Positions 27,165 through 36,529 of a DNA stretch of 64,000 bases are shown in pieces. Made by a program: the position numbers and the translations under genes. The stretch comes from an uncultured virus (IMG/VR IMGVR_UViG_3300005683_000076). Lineage: Duplodnaviria; Heunggongvirae; Uroviricota; Caudoviricetes. The stretch is from the IMG/VR virus record IMGVR_UViG_3300005683_000076. One strand, given 5' to 3'. The first letter of the stretch is position 1. Each line of letters begins with the position of its first letter. The notes below the pieces were generated by a model. The model was given only the letters and a program-made list of their open reading frames with translations, was not told the DNA's origin and made no database searches.

Positions 27165-27437
27165 ATGAAAGAAGTGGAAAACCGGAAAGTTATTTTGGTT
27201 ACACATGTAGTTTATATTAGTGCCTTTAATAACACCATCTTCACGTCGAACGAACCTATATATTACCCCCACAGACGCCACTATGTTCGCGGAAATCTGA
27301 CTGAAAGATACGGTGTAGGTTCTATTTTAGCCCTGGAAGAAACTCAAGATGCGGTTCCGCAGTGCGGCAGTGTACCGCATAACTACTGGACCATCCTTAC
27401 TAACAAAAATGAAGCACCAACTACTGACAACATGTAA
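27165..27437 (+). CDS. Small paralog-family protein
   Basis: RKVILV...VGSILALEETQDAVP...YWTIL. Confidence 0.65.
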   Translation: MKEVENRKVILVTHVVYISAFNNTIFTSNEPIYYPHRRHYVRGNLTERYGVGSILALEETQDAVPQCGSVPHNYWTILTNKNEAPTTDNM

Positions 27438-27463
27438 GTCCAGCATCAGTGTGCTGGGTCTAT

Positions 27464-28183
27464 ATGGGACTTAGCTATCAAGAAATCGTAGACGTTTACA
27501 AAGCACAAGAGCTTGTACGCAAGTATCCAGGCTACTGGATTGAACAGAAAAATAAGCGGACGTACCGTCTTGAACCTGTTACTTACTCTCCCCAGGAGAT
27601 CTGTATCGATGCAAGACCTACTATCCGCAACGAATGGTACAACTTGCACCATCTACCTGCGGGAATTCACAGGCATGCATTTCCTAAACCCCACAAAGAG
27701 TACATATCTTTTGAGGACGACCAGAAAATAACCAGATTTTACCTGGTCCCTCCGGAAGGGCTAAGGTTACGAAAGAAAGGAAACAAGTACACTGTACTAA
27801 ATCCTATACAGGATTACTCGATCAGCGTCGATCGCAGTGCTGCGAAACGGGCTCGAGAGGATGCGGCAGACTTAATACATTACATTGAAACGATTTGGAA
27901 GGTTGTCAGCCCTCCGCCTTACAACGAGAGGCCGTATGGACAGGCAGACTTCAACCATCTACCTAGTCAGGACAAAAAAGATTCCTGGTTTGAGTTGCTT
28001 CTACGTGCTAAATACCCGCGTAACGGCTATGGACTGTCGCTGTCGTCCGTGATCCAAAAGATTAGAGATTCATGTACAAGAAGTGCACTTGCTTACAAAG
28101 CGGTGCCGGTACCTAACACCAGGATGGACCACACTGCACACTGGGGAGTACTAGAAGAACTTAAGAAAGCAGGAAAGATATAA
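27464..28183 (+). CDS. Hypothetical protein
   Basis: About 240-aa ORF; start placed at ATG 27464. Confidence 0.7.
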   Translation: MGLSYQEIVDVYKAQELVRKYPGYWIEQKNKRTYRLEPVTYSPQEICIDARPTIRNEWYNLHHLPAGIHRHAFPKPHKEYISFEDDQKITRFYLVPPEGLRLRKKGNKYTVLNPIQDYSISVDRSAAKRAREDAADLIHYIETIWKVVSPPPYNERPYGQADFNHLPSQDKKDSWFELLLRAKYPRNGYGLSLSSVIQKIRDSCTRSALAYKAVPVPNTRMDHTAHWGVLEELKKAGKI

Positions 28184-28243
28184 GGAGACTCAAAAGAAAA
28201 AATACGGGATAAAAAACTGACCCCGTTCACAAGTTTTTGTAGT

Positions 28244-28272
28244 GAGGCTGTCTGAGAGGGCGGCCTCTTTTT
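28244..28272 (+). terminator. Rho-independent terminator
   Basis: GAGGCTGTC-TGAGAG-GGCGGCCTC-TTTTT. Confidence 0.75.
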
Positions 28273-28309
28273 GTTAGATCACACCAACCAATAGGAGACA
28301 GATAAAATT

Positions 28310-29413
28310 ATGGCAGTAGCTAAAACAGCAAAGAAGATCCTTTACGGGTCCATCAAACGTGCGTCGGTAGTCAAAGTAATAATATCGAACGCAAAACAAG
28401 GTATCACTACTGTGATCCGATCGCACAACGGCAACTCAAAGAGTTCAATCATCAGGGACTTAATGAAAGAGTTCCCGAAACACCGTCCTGTCCTGATGAA
28501 CTTCTCTGTTATGCAAGCCGGCGACGTAGTCATGCCGAAGTTTGCAAACATTGACGGTGTCGACGTGGTTACTGCAGTTCCTCACGAACACATGGGACTT
28601 CACTTTGAAGAGCCTGTCATTCTTTTTATGGACGAGATCTTCAAGGCACCTAAAGCCTTGCAGGTCCAGGTCGCTGAGTTGATGTACGAGTGGTCACTCG
28701 CCGGTAAGAAACTCCCGGAAGGGTCGATCGTGTTTGGTGCTTCCAACTTGGAAGATGAAGGCTTCGGTGACCAGTCACTCGGCTTTGTGTACAACCGCAT
28801 CGCCGTAGTTGAGATGGCCAAGGTTACAGGAGAAGAGTGGGTGGAAAATTATGCCTTTGATAACGGCATCCATCCTACCATCATCCAGTCAGCGAAGGAG
28901 TTCCCGACAATGTTCCATGACTACAGGGACTACTCAACTGCTGGAGAGAATCAGTACATCTTCGATCCGAGAATGCCGCAGACGGCGTTCGTCACACTTC
29001 GTTCCCTCGAGAGAGCTTCCAAAATGTTGAAGGGGTTCGAGGAGGTCGGTTTGGCAACTGAGGATATCACCCACTGCCTCACCAACGTGGTCGGTCCGCG
29101 GGCGGCACAGGACATTATGTCTGTGCACATCTTGCATGAGGAGCTTCCTTCTTGGGAAGAGATCGTTAAGAAAGGTGCCGACGCTAAGGTTCCTAAGTCG
29201 GCAGGAGCTCGGTGCTTGCTGATCTACACGGCTATCTCTTCTATAGATGAAAAGTCGATCAAGCCGTGGATGGAGTACGCGTCCAAGAACCTGAAGAAAG
29301 AAGAGCAGGCTTTGTTTGCATGTACGATCTTGAAGGTGATAAGCAAGGCCGGCCTGGTGTCTACGCATCCGCAGTTCTTGAAGTGGGTTACGAACAACAG
29401 TTACCTGTACTAA
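28310..29413 (+). CDS. MoxR-like AAA+ ATPase with atypical Walker A
   Basis: SHNGNSKS (P-loop), ILFMDE (Walker B), GASN, NR, TLRSLE; next to a vWA gene. Confidence 0.8.
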   Translation: MAVAKTAKKILYGSIKRASVVKVIISNAKQGITTVIRSHNGNSKSSIIRDLMKEFPKHRPVLMNFSVMQAGDVVMPKFANIDGVDVVTAVPHEHMGLHFEEPVILFMDEIFKAPKALQVQVAELMYEWSLAGKKLPEGSIVFGASNLEDEGFGDQSLGFVYNRIAVVEMAKVTGEEWVENYAFDNGIHPTIIQSAKEFPTMFHDYRDYSTAGENQYIFDPRMPQTAFVTLRSLERASKMLKGFEEVGLATEDITHCLTNVVGPRAAQDIMSVHILHEELPSWEEIVKKGADAKVPKSAGARCLLIYTAISSIDEKSIKPWMEYASKNLKKEEQALFACTILKVISKAGLVSTHPQFLKWVTNNSYLY

Positions 29414-29434
29414 GAGGTCACAACTTGACAGTCG

Positions 29435-29464
29435 AGGAAGCTGCCTGACGGTGGCTTCCTTTTT
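29435..29464 (+). terminator. Rho-independent terminator
   Basis: AGGAAGCTGCC-TGAC-GGTGGCTTCCT-TTTT. Confidence 0.75.
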
Positions 29465-29470
29465 ATCTCT

Positions 29471-29773
29471 ATGGCCAGAATAAAAACATATTCACCAATG
29501 TATCAGGTCCCGGTAGTGGAGGTGACAGATCGTACTATACGGTTAAAACGTCAATGGAAGCTAAAATTTGGAAAGTACTGGACATTAAAAGAAGTCCATC
29601 CAGTGTACCGCACAACACTATATTGGGTACTTAAGGGCAGCGATTTACGGCTAATAAATCGTAGTCGGGCAGGGCATGGAAACGAGCGCTACATGTTGGC
29701 GACACGTGATGCTGAATCACACATACCCGATCTTTATGCAGCCATAATTCTTGGCCTCAATTTCAAACAATAA
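29471..29773 (+). CDS. Hypothetical protein
   Basis: 100-aa ORF. Confidence 0.55.
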   Translation: MARIKTYSPMYQVPVVEVTDRTIRLKRQWKLKFGKYWTLKEVHPVYRTTLYWVLKGSDLRLINRSRAGHGNERYMLATRDAESHIPDLYAAIILGLNFKQ

Positions 29774-29786
29774 ACCAGGAGAATTT

Positions 29787-30977
29787 ATGAACAAACTAAC
29801 ACCCCAGCAGAGGCTGGAGAGGGCCGTAGTGCGTTTGATCTCAGCACCAGCATTTGTTGCTTACTCAGCAGTGATGATGGTAGGAGAGACACGTATCGAA
29901 ACAGATCCAGCGAAGTGCCCAACTGCATATACGGATGGGTATAACGTTACCTACGGTGAGTCTTTCATAGAGAAGCTCCCTGAGGAGGAGCTCTGCGGTC
30001 TCATCCTTCACGAAACTTTGCACAAGATGTACAGACATACAGTCGTCTGGCAGCATCTTTTCCACAAGAGTCCTCCTCTTGCCAATATAGCTGCAGACTA
30101 CGTTGTCAACGGAATAATAATGGAGGCTATAAACAACGGTGCAAACTTTGTCAAGCTCCCTTCCGGAGGGCTGTACGATCCTAAGTACTCGAACAACATG
30201 AGCGTCGGAGAAGTGTTTCGGGAGCTATGTAAGCAGTACCCGCAGCTGGCTCACCCGCAGGCTGTCTTATGCGGCGAGCTGCCGGAAGGGTTTGATGAGC
30301 ATGACTGGAAGGCAGCTGAGGGATGGTCACAGCAAGAGCTGGATCAGATCCAACAGCAGATAGACTCTGCTATTAGGCAAGGAAATGTACTGGCCGGCAA
30401 GGTTGGTGGAAATGAGGCTCGAAATATTGGTGACCTCATGAAGGTAACAATCGATCCGTGGGCACTGTTGCGACAGTTCCTGAAGGATACCTGCCAGGGA
30501 GAGGGAGAGCTGTCCTACTCTCGGCCGAATCGACGCTTCTTACAGTACGACATGATCATGCCTACCGAGATTTGTGAAACTCTTCCGCATATTGTCTTTG
30601 GAATAGATACCTCCGGGTCCATCCACGGAGACGCTCTTACCTACCTTCTTAGTAACGTGGCCCATGTTTTCAAAACCGTAAACCCGGAGAAGGTCACGCT
30701 GCTGTACTGGGATACAAAGGTCGCCGGCATTGAAGTGTACGAGCGGGGGGAAACTGACAAGATGATCAGCTCAACCCAGCCGGCAGGAGGTGGCGGTACT
30801 TCTCCGCAGTGTGTCAGCAACTACTTGAAGGACAACAAGATCGAGCCGACGGTGTTGGTCATGTTGACTGACGGTTATGTGGATTCGTGGCCAACGGATC
30901 CGGGAGTTCCTGTGCTGTGGCTCATTTACGAGAACGAGTCAGCCCGGCCGCCGTATGGCACCGTAGCTCACGTTTAA
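29787..30977 (+). CDS. Metallopeptidase-vWA protein (DUF2201-like)
   Basis: TAYTDG, HETLH, NIAADYVVN, MIDAS DTSGS, GGGGT, LTDG; SD AGGAG. Confidence 0.88.
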   Translation: MNKLTPQQRLERAVVRLISAPAFVAYSAVMMVGETRIETDPAKCPTAYTDGYNVTYGESFIEKLPEEELCGLILHETLHKMYRHTVVWQHLFHKSPPLANIAADYVVNGIIMEAINNGANFVKLPSGGLYDPKYSNNMSVGEVFRELCKQYPQLAHPQAVLCGELPEGFDEHDWKAAEGWSQQELDQIQQQIDSAIRQGNVLAGKVGGNEARNIGDLMKVTIDPWALLRQFLKDTCQGEGELSYSRPNRRFLQYDMIMPTEICETLPHIVFGIDTSGSIHGDALTYLLSNVAHVFKTVNPEKVTLLYWDTKVAGIEVYERGETDKMISSTQPAGGGGTSPQCVSNYLKDNKIEPTVLVMLTDGYVDSWPTDPGVPVLWLIYENESARPPYGTVAHV

Positions 30978-31153
30978 GCACATGCGACCGCAAAGAAAAA
31001 GATATGGTGATCACTTAGGGATGATCACAAAGCCCTTCCACCGAGACATGATTCGAGGACGCATATTGAAATTTTATAAGGAGTGTTTCCTTACCGATAA
31101 AAAGGTGCCCCTTGGTACTCGCTGTTATCGACATCACATTCTCAAATAAAACA

Positions 31154-31507
31154 ATGAAAAAAGACACCTATGAAATCCGCCTGAGAAGCGGAGAACTAGT
31201 GCTGATAAGTGCCTGGAAGTTTGAGATCTTCGGGTTAGGTACTTTTATTGTTCACCGCGATGTTGAATATCCAAATCGGTGGACAGTTTCTGAGCCCATG
31301 ACAGGTTGTGTTGCTGTCAGGATGAGGGATACTAGAAAGGCTGCCATTGAAGCAGCATACGCAGATTTCCACCTAAAGCCTTCTCACTCTAAGGAAGACT
31401 ACTACTCGCTGGTCCAGCTTACCCTCGAGAAATATAAAGACAGCCCGACAAAATATTGGAAGGAGATGCAAGATGCCGATAGATGTAATGAAACTGAAGC
31501 TGGGTGA
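31154..31507 (+). CDS. Hypothetical protein
   Basis: FIVHR...WTVSEPMTG...TRKAAIEAA, a common phage pattern. Confidence 0.6.
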   Translation: MKKDTYEIRLRSGELVLISAWKFEIFGLGTFIVHRDVEYPNRWTVSEPMTGCVAVRMRDTRKAAIEAAYADFHLKPSHSKEDYYSLVQLTLEKYKDSPTKYWKEMQDADRCNETEAG

Positions 31508-31757
31508 CCGTTTTGTTGGAGTAGTTGAGAGTAAGTACGCAAACAACCATACAACTAAAGTCTTCAGCTTTTCCAATTACGTTAACGTCCTTCTTGCAGC
31601 TGACGTAGTCGAATCGTATGTGGTACTTCCTGCAGGTACTTCAATAGAGGTCGGACAAATTGGACTGTTTGAATTTGTTGAATTATGTGTCTGTGGCTGT
31701 AAAAAAAGTATTAAGTGCATTTTAGTAGGAGATACGCATACGTGGGAGACATCATAA
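31473..31757 (+). CDS. Small paralog-family protein
   Basis: LKLGDRFVGVV...EVGQIGLFE. Confidence 0.55.
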   Translation: MPIDVMKLKLGDRFVGVVESKYANNHTTKVFSFSNYVNVLLAADVVESYVVLPAGTSIEVGQIGLFEFVELCVCGCKKSIKCILVGDTHTWETS

Positions 31758-31945
31758 CCATCTACAACCTCCGGCAAAATCCCAAGATCTACAAGAAGTG
31801 GAATGGAATGAGCATAGAAGGCAAAAGATTCATGCTGGACGGCCTTCTAGGTGAAGAGATCACCGAGCAAGCGTGGGCAAGCAGGCTTAAGCAGTGGAGG
31901 AAGAAACAGCGTGAGAACCAAAAAGCTAAAACCGGGAACTCGTAA
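31742..31945 (+). CDS. Hypothetical protein
   Basis: GTG start preceded by SD AGGAG. Confidence 0.5.
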   Translation: MGDIITIYNLRQNPKIYKKWNGMSIEGKRFMLDGLLGEEITEQAWASRLKQWRKKQRENQKAKTGNS

Positions 31946-32228
31946 AGCGTTCTGTCCTAGCATAATAGATACGAGACATTATGTGCCTAGTGTATGGGTA
32001 AGAACCGGACACTTAAAATGCGTAGAGGAAGATGAACATATAATTTTCTTCGGGAATGAGCCATACAATTACTTTACACCAGATAGTGAAATAAATTACT
32101 TAATTGATCGTTACGTTCCCCGCCTTCCTGCAGCTAATACGGTTCTTCTACTGGAACTCGTTGAGTCCCATACAACGAAACTGTTTAGAAACGTAACAAT
32201 TCATTTATGGAAACCGGTCCTGCCATGA
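31911..32228 (+). CDS. Small paralog-family protein
   Basis: LKPGTRKAF...NTVLLLE...LWKPV. Confidence 0.6.
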   Translation: MRTKKLKPGTRKAFCPSIIDTRHYVPSVWVRTGHLKCVEEDEHIIFFGNEPYNYFTPDSEINYLIDRYVPRLPAANTVLLLELVESHTTKLFRNVTIHLWKPVLP

Positions 32229-32488
32229 AAGAATCTCCAATAAAAGTTGTTACTAGTCAGCCGTACGCAGTACTGATCTTGCAGGTACTGTGGGCAAATG
32301 CTAGTCAAAGTTGTATTAAGACTTCTCCAGAGCTAGATCACGATATTTCCGAACGTTCTGGTGATCGTGTAATGGTGGACGGCAACTGGAAAGGCAGGGA
32401 GAACACAGTGGCAATTATAGAGAGGTACCAGGCAGGAACAGTTATCTCCACAATGTGGAGAGAAGTAAAAAAGAGTAGGAGGTCTTGA
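32225..32488 (+). CDS. Small paralog-family protein
   Basis: YAVLI...ENTVAIIER...MWREVK. Confidence 0.6.
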   Translation: MKESPIKVVTSQPYAVLILQVLWANASQSCIKTSPELDHDISERSGDRVMVDGNWKGRENTVAIIERYQAGTVISTMWREVKKSRRS

Positions 32489-32513
32489 CAGCGCACAGAC
32501 ACCGTGCTATTGT
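32485..32513 (+). promoter_or_regulatory. sigma70 promoter for the replication genes
   Basis: TTGACA-gcgcacagacaccgtgc(17)-TATTGT. Confidence 0.65.
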
Positions 32514-32635
32514 ATTAATACGCACTCAATAATGATTCTTAACCATTACCAAGACCAATCTATGCAGGAGAACACGCCAACGCTGACGCGGTTTAATTTC
32601 AAGTAAGAGAAAAATAGGAGCGAATTATAAATATT

Positions 32636-33310
32636 ATGGGCTTAAACGAAAGAACTGAAAGCAACAAGAAGATCGTAATGATCAAACACAACGGACTCTG
32701 CGTCGAGTCAAAGGAACCAATGGCGGGCTACGTCGAAAAGGAAGTTGACATTCCTGGCACTGATGATGGTACCGGCAAGCCGGAGACGATGATCAAGTAC
32801 ATCAAAAAGTTCCGGTCACTTAGCGGCTTTGTCACGAAACTTGAGTGGTACGACACAGGTGATACGCACAAGACCCAGTACCTGGGGGTCAAGATCCACA
32901 TGAAGGACGGCGACGAGGAGTTCATCCTGGACATTCCCTACAATCGGCGGTACTTCAATGTCTTTTGTAAGATGGCTGAGAACATCGATTTCACTAAAGA
33001 GGTTGAGTTCTGGGCAGATAAGGATAAGTCCTCCGATCACACCGCATTTGGAGCAGAACAGGACGGCCAACCAGTAAAGCACCGGTACACTAAGGCCAAC
33101 CCAGGCCCGTGCCCTCCTGGCAAACAGAACGCTCGAACCAAGAAGTGGGACTTTACTGACCAGAACGAGTGGCTCTTGAATCACATGCTCGACGTAATCA
33201 TCCCTACTGTAAATGCTCAGCTCGGGGCTGATGAAAAGGCTAGTGCTGCTGTAGCCGGAGGAGACGTTGATCGGTGGGCCGACGTTGAAGATCCGATTCA
33301 CACAGACTAA
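32636..33310 (+). CDS. Probable single-stranded DNA-binding protein
   Basis: 224 aa, aromatic beta core and acidic tail; heads the replication module. Confidence 0.55.
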   Translation: MGLNERTESNKKIVMIKHNGLCVESKEPMAGYVEKEVDIPGTDDGTGKPETMIKYIKKFRSLSGFVTKLEWYDTGDTHKTQYLGVKIHMKDGDEEFILDIPYNRRYFNVFCKMAENIDFTKEVEFWADKDKSSDHTAFGAEQDGQPVKHRYTKANPGPCPPGKQNARTKKWDFTDQNEWLLNHMLDVIIPTVNAQLGADEKASAAVAGGDVDRWADVEDPIHTD

Positions 33311-33367
33311 ACCGACTAACTCTGTTGTCAAAGAACTGAACTACCAACAATAGGTATACACGAGGAG

Positions 33368-33850
33368 GTGCGTGTAGTCAAGGACTTTTTGCACGTACCT
33401 TCTATGGCGTCTATAATCTATAACCAGCAAGTAGTGATAGACTACTACAACGAAGTTGGAATTACTCTGGTTCCTGAATACAAATTCTCTGAAGAACACG
33501 GGTATCGATTCGACTTTTTACACGAACCTTCTAAGGTTGCGATCGAAGTTCAAGGTGGGATTTGGTTAGCTAGGGGCGGACATACCACTGGCAAGGGATA
33601 CACAAGAGATATGGAAAAAAACAATTTGGCCCTTTCTCTTGGGTACAGGGTATTTAAGTGCACGCCGGCAGAGGTCTGCATGGACGATACTAGACGCTTA
33701 TTTGCAAAGATCGTGGAGGTAGCAAATGGACGAACAAGAGTTGCACGCAGTACTGACACTCAAAGAAGCAGTGTTTCTGTCCGGCGGAATCCTACTAATG
33801 CTAATGAAGAATCAAAAACAAATTCAACTCAGAGAAGATCTAGAGTCTGA
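33368..33850 (+). CDS. PD-(D/E)XK endonuclease (Vsr/DUF559-like)
   Basis: EYKF...YRFDF...VAIEVQGG...GGH...DMEKNNLA...GYRV. Confidence 0.82.
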   Translation: MRVVKDFLHVPSMASIIYNQQVVIDYYNEVGITLVPEYKFSEEHGYRFDFLHEPSKVAIEVQGGIWLARGGHTTGKGYTRDMEKNNLALSLGYRVFKCTPAEVCMDDTRRLFAKIVEVANGRTRVARSTDTQRSSVSVRRNPTNANEESKTNSTQRRSRV

Positions 33851-34025
33851 ACGACTGGCGATGAATTGTTTGAGTAAGTTGTGTGATGCCGCTGACAGAT
33901 TACCAGAGTGTGAGTGTACTCAGGCATTCTCGTTTACAAAAGAACATGTGAACAAATTGCTGGGAGGTGAGCGAAATGAATATATGGATGGCGTCAAAGA
34001 GGCGTCTCCGTCGCAAATCATGTGA
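33726..34025 (+). CDS. Hypothetical protein
   Basis: 99 aa, SD GGAGGT. Confidence 0.55.
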   Translation: MDEQELHAVLTLKEAVFLSGGILLMLMKNQKQIQLREDLESERLAMNCLSKLCDAADRLPECECTQAFSFTKEHVNKLLGGERNEYMDGVKEASPSQIM

Positions 34026-34215
34026 AGGAAAGATACATCATAAGAGTGAGGACGACGCCCGTGTAGCTATTAAAGAGTCTATGCGGGCTGGTTTTTCTGG
34101 GAAGCTAAGGTATTACAAATGCCAATGCGGGAGAGGCTTTCCAATAGGACACCTTAAACATTGGAGGGAGCGGCGTGCAAATGGAGACTTCAACAAACGA
34201 GAATTTCAAATTTGA
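33976..34215 (+). CDS. Small Zn-binding protein
   Basis: CEGKIHH...A...YYKCQCG...GH. Confidence 0.6.
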   Translation: MNIWMASKRRLRRKSCEGKIHHKSEDDARVAIKESMRAGFSGKLRYYKCQCGRGFPIGHLKHWRERRANGDFNKREFQI

Positions 34216-34453
34216 AGTAGGAGAAGAGAGGGCCTTTATTGTTCCCGAATACATTGAGTACAACTCTACGTTTGAGGACGTAGCGTTTAAGATCTATGGA
34301 ACACATGAATGGATCTATATTAAAAAATTTAGGTCAAAGCTTATTCCTCATCAGATTGTAGTTCTCAGACAAACCGATGAACCAGTCCCAGCTGACTCGG
34401 GCGGAGAAATTGAATATATAGACGATTGTTACTATTGGGAAATCGTGAAATGA
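34181..34453 (+). CDS. Small paralog-family protein (tandem 1)
   Basis: VGEERAFIVP...HQIVVLRQT...YYWEIVK. Confidence 0.75.
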   Translation: METSTNENFKFEVGEERAFIVPEYIEYNSTFEDVAFKIYGTHEWIYIKKFRSKLIPHQIVVLRQTDEPVPADSGGEIEYIDDCYYWEIVK

Positions 34454-34692
34454 AAATACCTACAAAACGTTCAGCACTGCTTGTCCCTGATAATATTAAC
34501 GACTGGGAGTTTAACGAAATGCTGGAAGATTATATATTTTTCTGCGACTATAACCAGTTTTTGTACATAGATGCTAAAGCAGGAGAACTATATCCTGGCT
34601 GTATAGTTGTGATCAGGCCAACCAATCGACCAGTTAGGGGGTTTATAAACAATGATGAGCCTATACCTAAGTACTGGGAGATCGAGAAATGA
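34450..34692 (+). CDS. Small paralog-family protein (tandem 2)
   Basis: KRSALLVPD...LYIDAKAGELYPGCIVVI...YWEIEK. Confidence 0.8.
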   Translation: MKIPTKRSALLVPDNINDWEFNEMLEDYIFFCDYNQFLYIDAKAGELYPGCIVVIRPTNRPVRGFINNDEPIPKYWEIEK

Positions 34693-34928
34693 AACTACCT
34701 AAAAAGCGTACAGCACTACTTGTACCTGATGATGCCAGCTGGGAGTACAACTACCGCATGAAAGACTACGAGTTTTGTTTAGAACATGAAGAAACACTGT
34801 ACATAGATGCTGAGAAAGGAGAGCTGTACCCAGGTTGTATAGTCATAATCAAACCAACTACGCGGAAAGTTAGAGGGTTTGAAAATAACGATCTACGTTT
34901 CCCTAACTATTGGGAGATCGAGAAATGA
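34689..34928 (+). CDS. Small paralog-family protein (tandem 3)
   Basis: KRTALLVPD...LYIDAEKGELYPGCIVII...YWEIEK. Confidence 0.8.
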   Translation: MKLPKKRTALLVPDDASWEYNYRMKDYEFCLEHEETLYIDAEKGELYPGCIVIIKPTTRKVRGFENNDLRFPNYWEIEK

Positions 34929-35173
34929 CGACCCGACGTGCGATTTTAATTCCCCCAGACATCCGCCGTGATGTGAATTATCATGACTACCCAGTAGTAA
35001 TTCCAGACGATGAGGGCAATCCTATAACAATTTACATCTATGCTGAAGAGGGTGAATTATACCCCGGCAAAGTCGTCGTAATTGAGAAAACAGACAGGAG
35101 GGTGGCCGGCTACAATAAACCTAACTCTCTTAATATAAAGTACTGGGAAATCGTAAAAAATGGCAGCGAATAG
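34925..35173 (+). CDS. Small paralog-family protein (tandem 4)
   Basis: RRAILIPPD...IYIYAEEGELYPGKVVVI...YWEIVK. Confidence 0.8.
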   Translation: MTTRRAILIPPDIRRDVNYHDYPVVIPDDEGNPITIYIYAEEGELYPGKVVVIEKTDRRVAGYNKPNSLNIKYWEIVKNGSE

Positions 35174-35813
35174 AACACTCAAAACAAATTTCTGGGACGA
35201 TCGATATATCACCTCATTACCCACAGACTATCGATACCTGTACTTATACTTAAAACTTAACAAGCACATTCAGACCTCCGGTTGTTGCCAACTTAAAGTT
35301 CTTCAGATGGCTGTCGAGACTGGCCTCAGCGTAGACGTTATACGCGACGGACTGCAGAAGCTCCAGCAAGATGGAAAGATCCGATACGAAGATGACTGGC
35401 TAGCTGTTGCTGGTGAGATGCAAAACAAGGGAGTGAAACTCCAGGCCGCCACGGACCTACAGTTGGCACAAGCTCCTGAATGGGTAGGTGAGTTCCTAGT
35501 TGGTGAAGGTGGTAAAGATTCCCGGGCCTCCCATCCGGCCATCCAGTTGATCCGTGACCTGACTGAAAGATACCCGCCGCGTTCTCAGTGGGACGTGATC
35601 ATTGAGCTGTTAGGCGATGACTTGGATGAGGAGTATTTCAGGGAGTGTCACGCTGAGTGGGCTCGACGAGCCTACAACCCCCGAGGAACAGCGTGGTACA
35701 CGGAATGGTACGTGAACAGATCTAAACCAGGCAGTAAGAAAGAATATGTCAAACAAACTAATGCGGACACGCTCCGAGAGTATTACGAAGTCTTCTCCGC
35801 GAAAGATCAGTGA
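35160..35813 (+). CDS. Phage replication initiator / replisome organizer (wHTH)
   Basis: RTLKTNFWDD...YLYLYL..N...SG......MAVETGLS...L..L, the N-terminal pattern of phage O/DnaD-like initiators. Confidence 0.7.
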   Translation: MAANRTLKTNFWDDRYITSLPTDYRYLYLYLKLNKHIQTSGCCQLKVLQMAVETGLSVDVIRDGLQKLQQDGKIRYEDDWLAVAGEMQNKGVKLQAATDLQLAQAPEWVGEFLVGEGGKDSRASHPAIQLIRDLTERYPPRSQWDVIIELLGDDLDEEYFRECHAEWARRAYNPRGTAWYTEWYVNRSKPGSKKEYVKQTNADTLREYYEVFSAKDQ

Positions 35814-36294
35814 CCAGGATACTCAGCTGGTTGAGGCCCTCGTAAGAACGAGACTTGTTCAAGGGTGGAACCTGCAGAAAGCAGAAGACGCCAAGCTCAC
35901 CGCATCGATATGGAAACAAGAGCTAGACCGGCATAAGATCAACCCCAAGATCTACTCTATTCTAGTTGATATGGCAGTAGATCGGCGGACGTACGAGATC
36001 GTAAATAGTAAGCCACCAACTCCGCTCACCGTAGAACTATTGATAGCCTGCTATCACAACTACAGAGACCTTAAGCTGTCGGAGTACAGCAAGTTGCGTA
36101 CCTCGTATGAGCACTATCGTGACCTCTTACACCAGTACAAGACCAACCAGATCTCTTTGGAGGATGCTGTTGATCAGGCCAGGTTTCACAAAGAAACAGA
36201 TAAGGAAAACTTTATGTCCACGTGTGCACAGATCATCAAGGATCTGGAAGAAAAGATGGAAACTTTTCTAGATGATTATGGAATCAACGTATAG
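35746..36294 (+). CDS. Putative helicase loader/inhibitor
   Basis: Directly follows the initiator; helical; function inferred from synteny. Confidence 0.4.
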   Translation: MSNKLMRTRSESITKSSPRKISDQDTQLVEALVRTRLVQGWNLQKAEDAKLTASIWKQELDRHKINPKIYSILVDMAVDRRTYEIVNSKPPTPLTVELLIACYHNYRDLKLSEYSKLRTSYEHYRDLLHQYKTNQISLEDAVDQARFHKETDKENFMSTCAQIIKDLEEKMETFLDDYGINV

Positions 36295-36529
36295 AAGGGC
36301 CGCGGTAGTTATTGACAGTCCGGCGTGGAATCGAGGACGACGAGTGAATAACACGTGGTTTGTGACCTACATCATTCAAGGTGAGAACATTGACAGCTCT
36401 ACAGTGTACGACGTAGGCACAACTAAGCAAAGGTATCAACAATCTTCAATAGTTGTGGTAGAGAAGAAGCCGTGGCCAGGCCTGCCGAGCATTTTGTGCT
36501 GGCAGATAGTTAACAATGAAAATAGCTAA
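36278..36529 (+). CDS. Small paralog-family protein
   Basis: RRAAVVI...SSIVVVEK...CWQIV. Confidence 0.7.
   Translation: MESTYRRAAVVIDSPAWNRGRRVNNTWFVTYIIQGENIDSSTVYDVGTTKQRYQQSSIVVVEKKPWPGLPSILCWQIVNNENS

Noticed and set aside
34181..35173. Diversity-generating retroelement TR/VR pair
   Set aside because: No reverse transcriptase, and the differences are not adenine-specific.
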